Assembly (NCBI RefSeq): GCF_009914755.1
Contig: NC_060936.1
DNA: 64,000 nt
DNA from: the human T2T-CHM13v2.0 reference genome, Homo sapiens
Direction: 5' to 3' (one strand)
The notes under the pieces were generated by a model. That model was given only the letters and a program-made list of their open reading frames with translations. It was not told the DNA's origin and searched no databases. The position numbers and the translations under genes are program-made. Positions within the stretch are counted from its first letter, which is position 1; every line of letters begins with the position of its first letter. Of this stretch, positions 20,142 to 32,860 are shown in pieces.

Positions 20142-20267
20142 AGATGGAGTCTCACTCTGTTACATGATCTCGGCTCACTGCAACCTCTGCCTCCTGGGTT
20201 CAGGCAATTCTCCTGCCTCAGCCTCCTGAGTAGCTGGGGTTACAGGCACCTGCCACCACACCCAGTT
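20109..20267 (-). mobile_element. 5'-truncated Alu (right arm)
   Basis: Flanked by aaaaattacattt duplication. Confidence 0.9.
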
Positions 20268-21706
20268 AAAAATTACATTTTCTTTAGCCAACACCACATC
20301 CTTGTGTTTTTATAAACTTCCCCAAAAAAGGTTTTGGTGAAGAGTAACACATTTTACTCTCCTATAATTTGAACTCTTAGTAACCCAAATTCCCAGTGAA
20401 AAAATAAGGATTGCTTACTTTAACATAACATGGTTTAAAATTTTTAAATTACTGAAGAGAATTTTATGAGTAAATTTACGAAATTAACCTTACCAAATGT
20501 TACTAAAGTCATGTGAATTAAAAGGCATCTGAGCTAGTTTCTATTAGTCTGATAAACACTTGGTTTTCTTTAAGTCAATTGATTAGAGCTCTTCCATATA
20601 ATTTGGTAGTGAAATTTCACTTCCACATTACACATTCAAACATATAGACATAACAGACATATAAACAAAAGCAAATCCTCTATTTTCTTATCTGTCTGTT
20701 TTCAAAAATTCTCTCCCTTTACTAAAAAAATTGCAGGAGCCAACAAAAATTGAAGAAGAGATTTACCATACCAGGCTTCTCAAAAGGAAGAAAGACCTGA
20801 AGCAGCAGGGTACAGCAGAAGTTGCACTTCTGAGATATCTGAAGAATTTCAAAAAGAAACAGATTATAGAATTTAAAAATTAAAAACTTCTTGCTTTAAA
20901 AGTCAATAGTTTTTATAAAAGCTTGTTTAACCAATTATTTCGTTTGTATTAGTGTATTTTTAATATCAAAGTTCAATTCCTAGAAAGATTATTATAATTT
21001 CCTTTCAATTACAGCCCACTTAATTATATAACTTTTTAAAAAATAAATTCCTTTTTTACTAACCTCATTACAACTTATACAGACCATTCATGACATGCTT
21101 GGACTTTCTGGCTTGTCCTAAATATCCCTATTTCTTAAACAACCAGTCATTTTATTTTAAGATAAAAATTTAACATACAAGATCCTCTCTCATACAAAGT
21201 CATTTTTCTTTTAATCTTTCTTACCAAAAATACCTCTTTATATCTGTAACTTTCTTTATGTCTCTTATTTCCTGGTTCCTTTTATCTTGTTTTACATATA
21301 TCCTTTAACATATAAACTAGACAAAAATTATTTACCTTTTAATAAGAACACATTTTTAGAAGAAATGTTTTCCTAGAATCTTAAATTGAAAATTACCCAG
21401 ATGTTTAGTGGATATCTATTATTTCATACAACTTTAGATTGGAAATTATATGACATTTGTTTACAAGCATTTATTCCATTACATTTACTTGTTTAATTTA
21501 TTTTTAATAGTTTACCTAGATTATTTATGAAAACCAATATTCATCATTTAAAGTTATTTCCCTGTTAACCATGTTTATAACCTATGAATTTCAGGTGTTT
21601 ACCTGAGTAAGAAACTTAAGGCTAACTATATTGGTATTTTACCAATAACTCAGGATTTAGCTGTTTTCATTAAACCAACAATATAAGTATCTTTATAAAA
21701 AATTAC

Positions 21707-22319
<613 letters not shown>

Positions 22320-23270
22320 TTATAAACCTCATGCCATATGTTGACATCTTATAGTATTTGGCAGGGATAAGTATGGAACTGCTTGATCAATAAATATAAA
22401 AAATGCTGAAAATTCTTAAGACATTTCTAATATTACTTTACCAATAATTTGAAAGCCAGCTTATTTATTAAATATTTTACTTGTATCACATAAACTTGAA
22501 AGACATTTGGGTTTTTCTGTGTGTGTGGTGGCTCGATGTGTGCTGACTGTGAGCAGGACTCTACAGTGTTCCACCACTGAATTGTTTCTGCCCTCTTAGA
22601 TGTCTGTTTCTCTCTCTGGAATTCTATTACCTCCAAGAGGGCTCAAAATGCCAAGTGATCAGCTCTTATATGTGTTTCCTGGAAGAGCCTTTCTAAACTA
22701 ATTTTCTTGGGGGTTCCCTGTAGGGCCATTGCACGTCTCAGGAAGTCAACCCCCAGACACTTTTACTTCGTCCCCAGTCACCCAGGAGCACCTTTCAGCT
22801 GGGAGGAACAAAATGCCCTTTTTCTTCAGAGCTGAGGACCTCAGTCTCATTTATCTATGAAAATAACAGTTCAGTTCCTCACACAAATGCACAGACAAAC
22901 CAATTGAGCTTAATTTTGGAAGAAAAAGCAACGGAGAAGACTTCTTAGAATGCACCTCCAAACCGGAAACCAAATGAGGTGCCCAAAAAGGGGTCCTTCT
23001 CCTTGTCTTTAGAAAAAGGCAATGGAGAACACCTTTAGAATGCACCTCCGAACTAGACAGGGATCCCAAATAACTTTCTAGGAGGAAAAAAAAAAAAAAC
23101 TCAAGAATAAATCAAGGACCATCAGCCAAATGGGAGGTCCAGTGCTCAGAAGGACCTAACAATTCCACTGGAGGAAATGCTCAAAGTTGGGGAGAACTAT
23201 CATTGGGCCCCTGCTGGTACCTTAGCTCCAAGTTCAGCCAATTCCTTCAGGGCTCTGAGTCTTCTCTGAG

Positions 23271-23288
23271 GCCTGATGTTAGGTGCCA
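23271..23288 (-). promoter_or_regulatory. proviral primer-binding site, tRNA-Lys(CUU)-like
   Basis: TGGCACCTAACATCAGGC vs TGGCGCCCAACGTGGGGC, 6 nt after the 5' LTR end. Confidence 0.6.
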
Positions 23289-23294
23289 AATTAT

Positions 23295-23909
23295 TGTAAG
23301 TGAAAGAGCCAAACTCTGTAAATTATTTGAAGAGATTTATTCTGAGCCAAATGAGTGACCAATGGCCCATGACACAGCCCTCAGGAGATCCTGAGAACAT
23401 GTGCCCAAAGTGGTTGGGCTACAACTTGGTTTTATACATTTCAGGGAGACATAAGACATCAATCAATACATGTAAGATGTACATTGTTTCAGCCACAAAG
23501 GCGGGACAACTGAAAGCAGGTATGGGGGGTGAGAGGACTTCCAGGTCATAGGCAGATTCAAAGATTTTCTGATTGGCAATTGATTATTGTCTAAAGACCT
23601 GGTATTGATAGAAAGGAATGTCTGGGTTATGATAAGGAGTTGTGGAGACCAGGTTGTAGTATGTAGATAAAGCCTCTAGGAAGCAGGCTTCAGAGGTAAT
23701 AGATTGTAAATGTTTCTTATTAAAGAGTCTCTTCTGTCAGTCTGAAAATCTCTGTGTTGATGTTAATGCTGGTCAGGTGTGAGGCATGTCCAACAACCAC
23801 TTCCCATCCTGGCCTGAACTAGTTTTTCAGGTTAACTTTGGAATGCCCTTGGCTGAGGAGGGGTTTGTTCAGATGGTTAGGGGGCTAAGAATTTTATTTT
23901 TGTCTTACA
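23295..23909 (-). mobile_element. 5' LTR (MER4D/E-like)
   Basis: Colinear with 14707-15651 minus the Alu; TG..CA termini. Confidence 0.9.
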
Positions 23910-24961
23910 CTATTAACTAGCACAGCGACTCTAAAACGTTAATTATTCTCTTGGCAAATAAGTGATTAGGCTCATGTAAGGATGTGCCCTGAAAGCAAGA
24001 AAGGAAAGTGGGTCAAGTAGTCACTGATACAAATTTTAATTTGGCAGTTTTAGATCTAGGAAGAGATTAATGTTGGCTCCTTCACACTCTGAGGATTGGT
24101 GGCTATTTCCCTTACATTCAATGTGAATATGAAGGACAGATTTCAAATGGTCCCCTAAAACAGTTTCTCCCTCTCTTAGAACTCATTTGCATTTGCAAAC
24201 TGAAATTAGTGTTTCAAGTTAGAATTCCATCTACCCTGGTTGCAGAAGACTTAAGATGTTTTTATGCCCTCAGCCTTTTCTTCATCTGTAAATGACGGAC
24301 CACCTCCCTCAGAATGCATACAGCATTACCTAAACCATGGGGTGGGCCATTGTTTCCAAAAGCAGGCCAAGTTGAGAGGCTCTCTTACTGTAATTCACAT
24401 AAATCCTAGTCAAACCATATTGCATTCTGGGGTCACGTTGAAAATGTCAACTTGGTAAATCTCCCTTCTCATGGTAAATGTACATGTTCTTTCAACCTGG
24501 CTATTGCAGATGACAATAAAGACCCTATTGTTCAGCTTTGGGCTGCTCTATTCTATCTTTTTAAAGCTCCACCTTGTCTATCTTCACCAATCCCCATTTA
24601 ACTTTTTACCATCGATAAGGCATAAATTATGCTGTGTGGGCTCTGCCACCACTTTGGGTGCCTTGCTCCAAGGTGAAATGGAAGCTTATCATTAGTCCTC
24701 TCCCTAGTCCTAACATCTATACTGGATGCAGGTAGAAAATAGTAATGATTCCGCTCTCATAATTTATAAGTATCATGCTGACGTCCTTAAAAAAGTAGGT
24801 ATTCAATTCTTATTAAAATATAACTTCCCTCCTCTCCCTGCTGCAGAAGCTTTCTTCAGCCCACATCCATATCTATCTTTTCTGCACTCATTCAGTCCTC
24901 TTTTTTTACTCAATTTGGCCTTTATTTGTATTACCCTTTAACGATCTTTAAATGCTTAATG

Positions 24962-25198
24962 TGCACATGTCCCTCTTCACATGGCGGCAGGAAGGAGAAG
25001 TGCCGAGCAAAGGAGGAAAAGTCCCTTTATAAAACCACCAGATCTCATGAGAACTCACTCACTATCATAAGAACAGTATGGGGGTAACAGCCCCCATGAT
25101 TCAATTACCTCCCACCAGGTCCCTCCCACAACACATAGAGATTATGGGAACTACAATTCAAGATGAGATTTGGGTGGGGATACAGCCAAACTGTATCA
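24962..25198 (-). mobile_element. THE1 (C/D-like) LTR fragment
   Basis: ccagatctcatgagaactcactcactatca..attcaattacctcccacc..gagatttgggtgggga.acagccaaac..tatca. Confidence 0.85.
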
Positions 25199-25504
25199 AG
25201 GATAGAACCAAGGGTAGAAACCAGACTCAAACTGGGTACTGAAGTTGCTCTACTGGTTACTGTAGAGGTAAGGGCACTTGAGAGAAGAAACTAGCCAACA
25301 GTGGTCAAGTATGGTAAGCAATTAGGCAAAAACATAAGAACAAATTGAACATCTTTAAACTCAGGTTGTATTACTGAAACTACTGTGAAGTGCTGCCCAT
25401 TAGGAGTATAAGAGGCTGCTCACCTTTGGGCCAGTCTTCATATTCATGGTGTCAGGTAGCTCTACCTCATCACAACTCTTTTTTCCCATTCCAACATCTT
25501 TCTT

Positions 25505-27200
25505 TTTCAAGTCAAAATTATTAAGGTATAATTTACACACAGCAAAACTGCTCTATTTAGTGTACAAATCTATGAGTTTTGGCAGATGCATACATTCTGT
25601 AACCCACACACATCACAGTCAAGATATCCAACAGTTCCATTACCCCTCCCCAATTCTCTTAAGCTCCACTTTATAGTCAACTCCTCTCACCTCACAGGCA
25701 ACCACTGATCTCTTTTCTCTTTTTATGGTTTTGCCTTTTCCAGAATGTCATATAAATGGAATACAGTATGAAGACTTTTTAATCTTGCATCTCTCACTTA
25801 GAATAATGCACTTGAGATTTATTTGTGTGTAGGAGCAGTTTGTTCCTTTTATATGCTGAGTAGATTCTATTGTATATATGTACCACGGTTTGCTTATCCA
25901 TTCACAAATTAAAGGGCATTTAGGGTGTTTCTAGTTTTAGATGATTATAAAATATGTTCAGGTTTTTGTGTGAACATGTTTTCATTTCTCTTGGGTAAAT
26001 ATCTAGGAGTAGGATTTCTAGGTCATATCACAAGTGTATGCATAACTTTATAGGAAACTCCCAAACCATTTCCCAAGTGTATGTACCCCTCTGCATTCCC
26101 ACCAACAACATCTGAGAGTTTTAGTTTCTGTCCATCATCAATAGCTTTTGAAATTATTTTTATTTCAACCAAGTAGTGATCACTGTGGCTTTGATTTGCA
26201 TTTCCCTAATGACTACTATAGTAAATAGACTACAGCAACAAAAGGAACAAACTACTCCTACACACAACATAAATACATCTCAAATCCATTATTCTAAGTG
26301 AAAGATGCAAGACTAAAAATGCTTCATACTGTATTCCATTTATATGACATTCTGGAAAAGGCAAAACCATAAGGAGAGAAAACAGATGAGAGGTTGCCTC
26401 GGGGTGGGAGGGGTTGCGCATCTTTTCATATGCTTATTTGCCATCCATGTATCTCCTTTGGTAAAGTGATTGTTCAATTATTCACACATTTTAAAACTGG
26501 ATTGTCTTCTGAGTTGTAAGATTGTTTCACATATTCAGAATACAGTCACTTAATAGGTATGTTTTGGCTGGGAGCGGTGGCTCACGCTTGTAATCCCAGC
26601 ACTTTAGGAGGCTGAGGCAGGCGGATCATGAGGTCGGGAGATGGAGACCATCCTGGCTAACATAGTGAAACCCCGTCTCTACTAAAAAACAAACAAACAA
26701 ACAAACAAACGAAAATTAGCTGGGCATGGTGGCAGGCGCCTGCAGTCCCAGCTATTCGGGAGGCTAAGGTAGGAGAATGGCGTGAATCCAGGAGGCAGAG
26801 CTTGCAGTGAGCCGAGATTGTGCACTGCACTTCAGCCTGGGTGACAGTGCGAGACTCCGTCTCAAAGAAAAAAAAAAAAAAGGTATGTTTTGCAAATATT
26901 TTCTCCCAGTCTGTTGCTTGTTCTTTTGTTTTCTTAAGTGACATCCAAAGAGCAAGTGTTATCCAAACAGCAAGTTTTTATAAATTTCTTTCTTTCATGG
27001 ATTGTGTTTTTTGTTGTACCTAAGAAAACTCTGCCTAATTCAAGATCATAAAAATGTTCTCCTATGTTTTCTTCTAAAAGTTTTATATTTTCACATTTAG
27101 GTCTATGATCCATTTTGAATTATTTTGCATATGGTGAAAGGCATGAGTTTATAGGTGTTAAGCTTTTGTTTTAAAAATGATGTCCAATTATTCCAACATG
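25505..27200 (-). mobile_element. L1MB-like element with inverted internal duplication and Alu
   Basis: aggtataatttacac, ttgccttttccagaatgtcatataaatgga, atttgcatttccctaatgact, ttttgcaaatattttctccc. Confidence 0.8.
26566..26881 (+). mobile_element. AluY with (CAAA)n expanded linker
   Basis: TSD aggtatgtttt. Confidence 0.95.
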
Positions 27201-27410
27201 TGCTTCTTTTCACTATCTTTTAATAAGGCTCAATTTAGCAGACACTCTATATATGATCCACAAAAAGAAAGGGAACCTTCTAGCTTTGGTGTGACAATCC
27301 TATGGCTGGAGATGAAAGGGCAGTTTCCAGTCCTTTGACTGGCAGAAATACCTAATAAGTATGCTTTCTACTCCATAGAAATGCATGATATAGAATAGTC
27401 CAGAAAGAAC

Positions 27411-27978
27411 TGTCAATGCTTTCTAGTCAAAGATCACCAGGAACACACCTGTGGTTGAACAAGCCGAATTTACTACTCATTGCAGCAAGGAAGAACACAT
27501 CACGGGGAACCACGTGGCATACTGGTAAGGTGTTCAAAAAAATCTTTTAGTAAGATTGGGTTTGTGTTAGGTGATCTGATAGAGGGTTTAAGGTGGTGGA
27601 ACTTTGCTCTATGCTCTAAACAGGATATTGTCAGGAAGTGGGGGTAATTCTATGATTGGGTATCTTAATAAATCTTATCTAGAAAGAGGGAAGACTGGAA
27701 TGAGGCTTAAGCTGTCATTGGCAAAGAGGCAACAGCTACGTAGACTAGTTTGGTATTTTCATTTTGTGTATTTCATTTGGTGGGTTGGACAGCATTTGTG
27801 TTTTTGTCTACATTCACACACGATTATGAAGTAGTCTTATTTTTGTCCTGATCCACCATGATCATGGAGTGGCCTCGTCTGATGTTGATGTTCTCTAAAA
27901 TTATTTTTGTTCAACAAGAATACCAAAGCCTAGTGTGCCAGCATCTACTGCATGTCAGAAACTGCTTTTCTCTTTCTC
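27411..27978 (-). mobile_element. solo LTR, MER76-like (ERVL class)
   Basis: Minus strand begins gagaaagagaaaagcag..; contains aacatcaacatcagac.aggccactc..gatcatggtggatcaggacaaaa. Confidence 0.55.
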
Positions 27979-27979
27979 G

Positions 27980-28200
27980 GAATATAGTGATTAAGAACTT
28001 GGGCTCTAGAGTCAGACAAAATTGGGTTTGATTCTAAAGCCTGCTCTTCACTAGCCTGTGGGACCCAGGGTAAATTATCCAACTTCTCTATGCCTCGGTT
28101 TCCTCATATGAATATAGGATTTCCTATATTAGAATATAATGTGCTTGCTTCATTGGATTGAGAGAAATCAGATGATCGAGGTTAGGAGCTGTGTCAAATA
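27980..28200 (+). mobile_element. MIR
   Basis: gggctctagagtcagaca..gggtttga..tctctatgcctcggtttcctcat. Confidence 0.75.
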
Positions 28201-28835
28201 AATCTGCCGTATCATAGGAAAAATTAAGGATATTGGTGCAGGCAAAGGAAAACCAATAGCACAGGTGATTGTGCCAGGAATGGCAAAGAGCAGTGAAGAA
28301 AGTGAGGATAGAAAGCATAATGATTTACACTGGGGGGTAACTAACTTTTATAAAGCTGTTAATTTAATGCAAGGATAATGCATTACACTCATGAAAACAT
28401 GGTGAAACAGGAAAAACGTGCGCACCTTGCAACAAGTAGGCTTCTTACTTAAATGAGTCCATACTGAAACCCTGGGAAGAGTGTTTGATAATGATGAAAA
28501 CTATGATTGTGCACATAACAGGAGACAGACTCACATGTTGGGTAGAAGGTTGGGCTGGAGCTTTTTAAACTTCAGCGTACTATCAGCCTAGAAATAATTT
28601 CTTGCTTTAACATTACTGGTTTCTGCCTTCTTTCTGGTCCTCTTTGAACCACCCCACCATGTTAAGCAATGCCACATCTAATTTCTAAGTTTTTCAATAA
28701 GGCAAAAAGACTGTGTGTGTACCCAACTAGAAGAAAACTCAGTCACTTAAGAGGCTGGGTAATTGATATGTGTATTAAGAATTTTGTTAAAAGAATTTTA
28801 TTGCCTGAAGGCACTAAGAATTCATCATTATTGTT

Positions 28836-29102
28836 ATTTTAAGAGAGAGGGTCTCACTTTGTCACCCAGGCTGGAGAGCAGAGGCACAATCATAGCTCAC
28901 TGCAGCCTTGAAATCCTGGCTCAAGTGACCTTCCTGCCTCAACTTCCCAAGTAGCTAGGACTACAGGTGCGTGCCACCACACCTGGCTATTTATTTATTT
29001 ATTTTTTGTAGAAACAGGGTCTCACTATATTGACCCGGCTAGTCTCAAACTCCTGGCTTTAAGCAATCCTCCCACCTTGGCCTCCCAAAATGCTGTGATT
29101 AC
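28836..29102 (-). mobile_element. AluJ
   Basis: Antisense Alu. Confidence 0.9.
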
Positions 29103-29167
29103 GTGGCCAGGGCTCATTAAGACATGACAAAATCTTTCAAAATAACATCCAGAAATAAATGTTTCAT

Positions 29168-29450
29168 TTTATTTTTCTTGAAACAGGGTCTCACTCTGTT
29201 GTCCAGGCTGGAATGCAGTGGTGTGACCACGGCTCAGTGCAGCTTTGACCTCCCAGGCTCTAGCAATCCTCCTGCTTCAGTATCCCAAATAGCTGGGACT
29301 ACAGGAGGGTGCCACCATGCTCAATTATTATTATTATTTTTTTAAGAGATGGGATCTCCCCATGTTGCCCTTGCTGGTCTTAAACTCCTAGGCTCAAGTG
29401 ATCTTCCCGACTCAGCCTCCCGAGGTGCTGGGATTAAAGGCGTGAGTCAT
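29168..29450 (-). mobile_element. AluJ
   Basis: Antisense Alu. Confidence 0.9.
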
Positions 29451-30529
29451 CTGTATTTTATTTTAACAATCTAAGAAAGGGAGGTCACAGAATGGGAATC
29501 AAGAACTTAGAGGAGTTCAGACTATAAAACGAAGAAATACTACAAGTCATGTATTTGTTTGTTTTATAGGCTGAACTCCTACACCAGAAGTTTCTGATGA
29601 ACTCATGACCTCCCAAAGGAGCTCTTTTAAATCTTAGTTAGTTTATGAAACAGATTCAACTGCTGCTTTGAGTTATGGCTTTTAATAACCGTAAAAATGC
29701 AAAATCTCCCAGGAGTGGCTACAATCTTGTCAGTCATTTGTACTTTAATAATAATTAGATTCTCTTGTAAAACGACGTGCAAAGGGAAGAAGAAACAAGA
29801 CGTAATTGTGCACTTCATAATTTTACCTAGAGTTCAACCTTGAAAGGTCACATATTAAGGATAGAAGTTTGTGTAATAACGAGAAAACAGAGGATATCCG
29901 TTTCTTCACATACTGGATAAACAACAATCCACGGATCCTGCTAATCATCCAACCCATATGTTGAATTGACAAGAGTATTTAATTTCCTCTTTCTGCTTTG
30001 AGAAACTAAATATCTTGACAGTCTGAGCACAGTGGCTTAAGTGGCCTTAATTCTCTGATTTCATAAGTTAATGATTAGGTTGAAGCTATAAACTATAGTC
30101 CATTCCATTTAAGACCTGGATCAAAGTTAGCTTCATCCAGCATGTTTTAGCACGTCCTTTCTGAGCTATGTTGTCAGTAGTTACCATTCAGTTCCACCAT
30201 CCTGAATATTCTGCAGTTGATAAACCATTTTGTGAATTTTTTTTTTTTGCTTTCTGTGTATGTTTTTGACTCGCGTGTTTTTGCTTCGCTAATCAGATTG
30301 CGAAAGGAAACATCTCACGTTTGCATAGGACTTCACAGTTCATAAAGACCTTTCCCACCCACCACAAAAAAAGTATGACAAGTTTCCCGTCATCTTCATT
30401 TTATAGGTGTGGAAAGGGAGTCAAAGAAAAGTTAATCGATACCATTTATCTAGTTAAGCAGGCTTTGAGCAGTTCATCTCCTCCCGTCCTCAAAACGACC
30501 TTCTGAGGTGTCTCCTGCAACCCTGCTCT

Positions 30530-32350
30530 GAAGCTCAGAGCGAGACGGCCTCACATCCCAGGGGGCTCAGCTCTGGCGGGGCCGCCACGCGCCTCCCCGT
30601 GCCTTTGGACGGGTGAGGAGAGCTGCTGCCCCGGCGGGGACCACGTGGAGGGGCCTGGTCAGCAAGTGGCAAGGACGCGGCGCAAAGCCAGGCTTTCTAA
30701 TGTACAATCCGCGGCTCTTTCGATACTGAACACCCACCTCTTCAACAAATTCGAGCGCCTGGCAGGCCCTGCACCAAGCCTAGGGTGATGGCGACCCAGG
30801 CGGGTTTTTACTCTCAAGGAGCTCAATTCTAGGGCAGGGAGAAGTAAAATTAAAAAAAAAAAAATCATAACAAACTGAAAAACACATAAATAAGCCACGT
30901 CTCTCCTCACCCCTAGCACTTAATCACAAAGGCCTGTAGAGAGTCCCGACGAGAACTTCTGAGCAGGCCCCGCTGTCAGTCCCTGAGGACAGCATGCAAG
31001 GGAGGTTGACGTCCCTGGACGAAGAAAGTGCTGGAGAAACTGGCGACCGTCCCACCTTCCCTAAGGCGAAGGCTCTGAATTCCGAAGACCGTTACTCGGC
31101 GCGGAACGCGGGCACCGCCGACGTCAAAACACCGGGCCTGGGGGCCGCGGCCTACGCGTCTCCCGGGCTTCGCGCCCCTCGCCCGATTTGATTGGATGGT
31201 GGCGGGAAGAAGGCGGGGAGACCCCCGGAGGAGGGGCGCGCAGGCCGGCCGGGGGTTCCCACGGAGGCGTCCAGGGGGCGAAGGGGCGGGAGCGGGCCTC
31301 GGAGCGTCGCGCGTGCGCAATTGGGACACAGCCGGCTGGGGACTGCTGGGAGGGCCGGACCCTGCGAGAACGGGTGGGCGTGTGCCCGGTGGGCGCGGGA
31401 GGGGCCCGGGCTGCACGAGCGCGCGTGCGCGTCGGAACTGGAGCCGCGGGAGGAGGCGGGAGCTGAGGAGGCGGCGGAGGGGGCGGGTCGCGTCGGGCGC
31501 CACGTCCGCAGCCAGAGGCCTCCGCCTCCACCACCGCCGCCACAGTCTTCCAGCTCCACATCCTGAGAGGACGCCTCTGGAGCCGCGACTGCCCGGGGTT
31601 GTGCCGGCCGCCGCTGCCGCCCAGGCCGCCTCAGCTCTCCTCTGCGCCGGCCCGCTCACTCCGCCCGGCCCCAGCCCTAGCGCTGGCCGCGACCCCGGCG
31701 GTGAGTGAGTCGGGATGCGAGGGCAGGGGCGCAGTCCCGGCTTCCTGCCCTCCTCCGTCGCCCTCTGCCGTCGGCGCCCCTGCCCCTCACCTCCCAGTGC
31801 CCGGCCTGGCTGCCCAGCGGGGCCTTGGCGAGGCCCCAGCGGGAAAGGGGGAGGGGCGGGACGAAGTTGGGGGCGGATGGAGGTTCGCTTCTGGGGCTAC
31901 TCCTCCTTATACGTCGCTGACTGCCCCGCCGCGATTGGAGCTTGCGCACCCCTGGAAAGCCTCCGCCTGACTTCTTAGCATCTGGGGGTTCGGGGTTGGG
32001 GGCGGAGGAGGAAGGTGAGGGGCATCAGCAGCCTGGGAGAGGGATGCAGCGGAGGGGCTTGGGTACCGGGCTTCCTCGCCCTGCCAACTCCTGACCTGTT
32101 GCTAAACCTCCCTTTTGGGTTCAGGCACACAAGACTTTTTCCCAGTGGACACCCCCATAGCTCTTCCTGGGTAGGAAGGCTGTATCTCCACGCCTAACCT
32201 AAAGTAAAAGTGGGAATGGAGAGGGTGCTGGCCGCGCCCAGGGGTGACAGGGAGGGCTGGAGCACCCATCCGTGCCGTCACTGCCTCCCAGTCTAAATAA
32301 AAACTGCCTGCTCTGCACACGCAGCTTCAAGACCGACCCCCCAGCTCCCA
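30530..32350. promoter_or_regulatory. TMEM263: CpG-island promoter of TMEM263
   Basis: High GC and CpG density; E-box CACGTG 30642, CRE-like TGACGTC 31007 and GACGTCA 31120, inverted CCAAT 31191, GC boxes, two NRF1 consensus sites; TATA-less. Confidence 0.92.
31544..31700 (+). other. TMEM263: TMEM263 exon 1 (5'UTR; start approximate)
   Basis: Strong donor GCG|GTGAGT at 31700/31701 inside CpG island; Inr-like cAGTC near 31544. Confidence 0.75.
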
Positions 32351-32716
32351 CTTCCAATCAGATCGCCTGTCCTAAACCCTTCTTACATAGAAATTCTGGA
32401 GCCCTTCGGGAGTGGGGGGAGTGCTGGGTGTACAACGTGGAGCGGAGGGAGGAGGTGCCAAGCTCAGTGCTAGCCACGGCGCCTCCAGGGTCATTTTCTG
32501 CCTCCTGCCACGTCACTCACTGCTAAAGAAAAAAAAAAGATTTGCTAGTGCCTAAAGGGATCAGTAGGGAGAGAAGGGGCCACCCGGAAGGGTTTAGAAA
32601 CACCTAGAGAAAAGGGAAGGGTTCTTAATTTGATTTTTGCGTCCTTGTGAACACTGTGCTAATTCCAAATGAAAATATTTGCTATATGTGATTATTTGCT
32701 GTATGCTATTGTTTAG

Positions 32717-32784
32717 CCTTTGAAACTTCTGCTGGTGTGAGTGCCCTCAGGGGTTCCCCAGGAATATCGATACAACACCAACAG
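32717..32784 (+). other. TMEM263: TMEM263 exon 2 (68-nt leader exon)
   Basis: Acceptor tattgtttag|C, donor CAG|GTAAAC; possible internal donor GGT|GTGAGT at 32736. Confidence 0.65.
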
Positions 32785-32789
32785 GTAAA

Positions 32790-32798
32790 CGCGCGCGC

Positions 32799-32853
<55 letters not shown>

Positions 32854-32860
32854 TGCGCGC
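32790..32860. repeat. (CG)4-(GT)23-AT-(GT)3-(GC)3 alternating purine/pyrimidine tract
   Basis: Direct reading; Z-DNA-prone, UG repeat in the pre-mRNA. Confidence 0.95.

Noticed and set aside
24512-24533. Inverted SOX pair ACAAT..ATTGT in unique sequence
   Set aside because: Spacing longer than the usual SoxE dimer geometry; no other support
30976-31659. 227-aa minus-strand ORF and other overlapping ORFs in the CpG island
   Set aside because: Non-ATG start, Arg/Pro/Gly low complexity, expected in very GC-rich DNA; no recognisable domain
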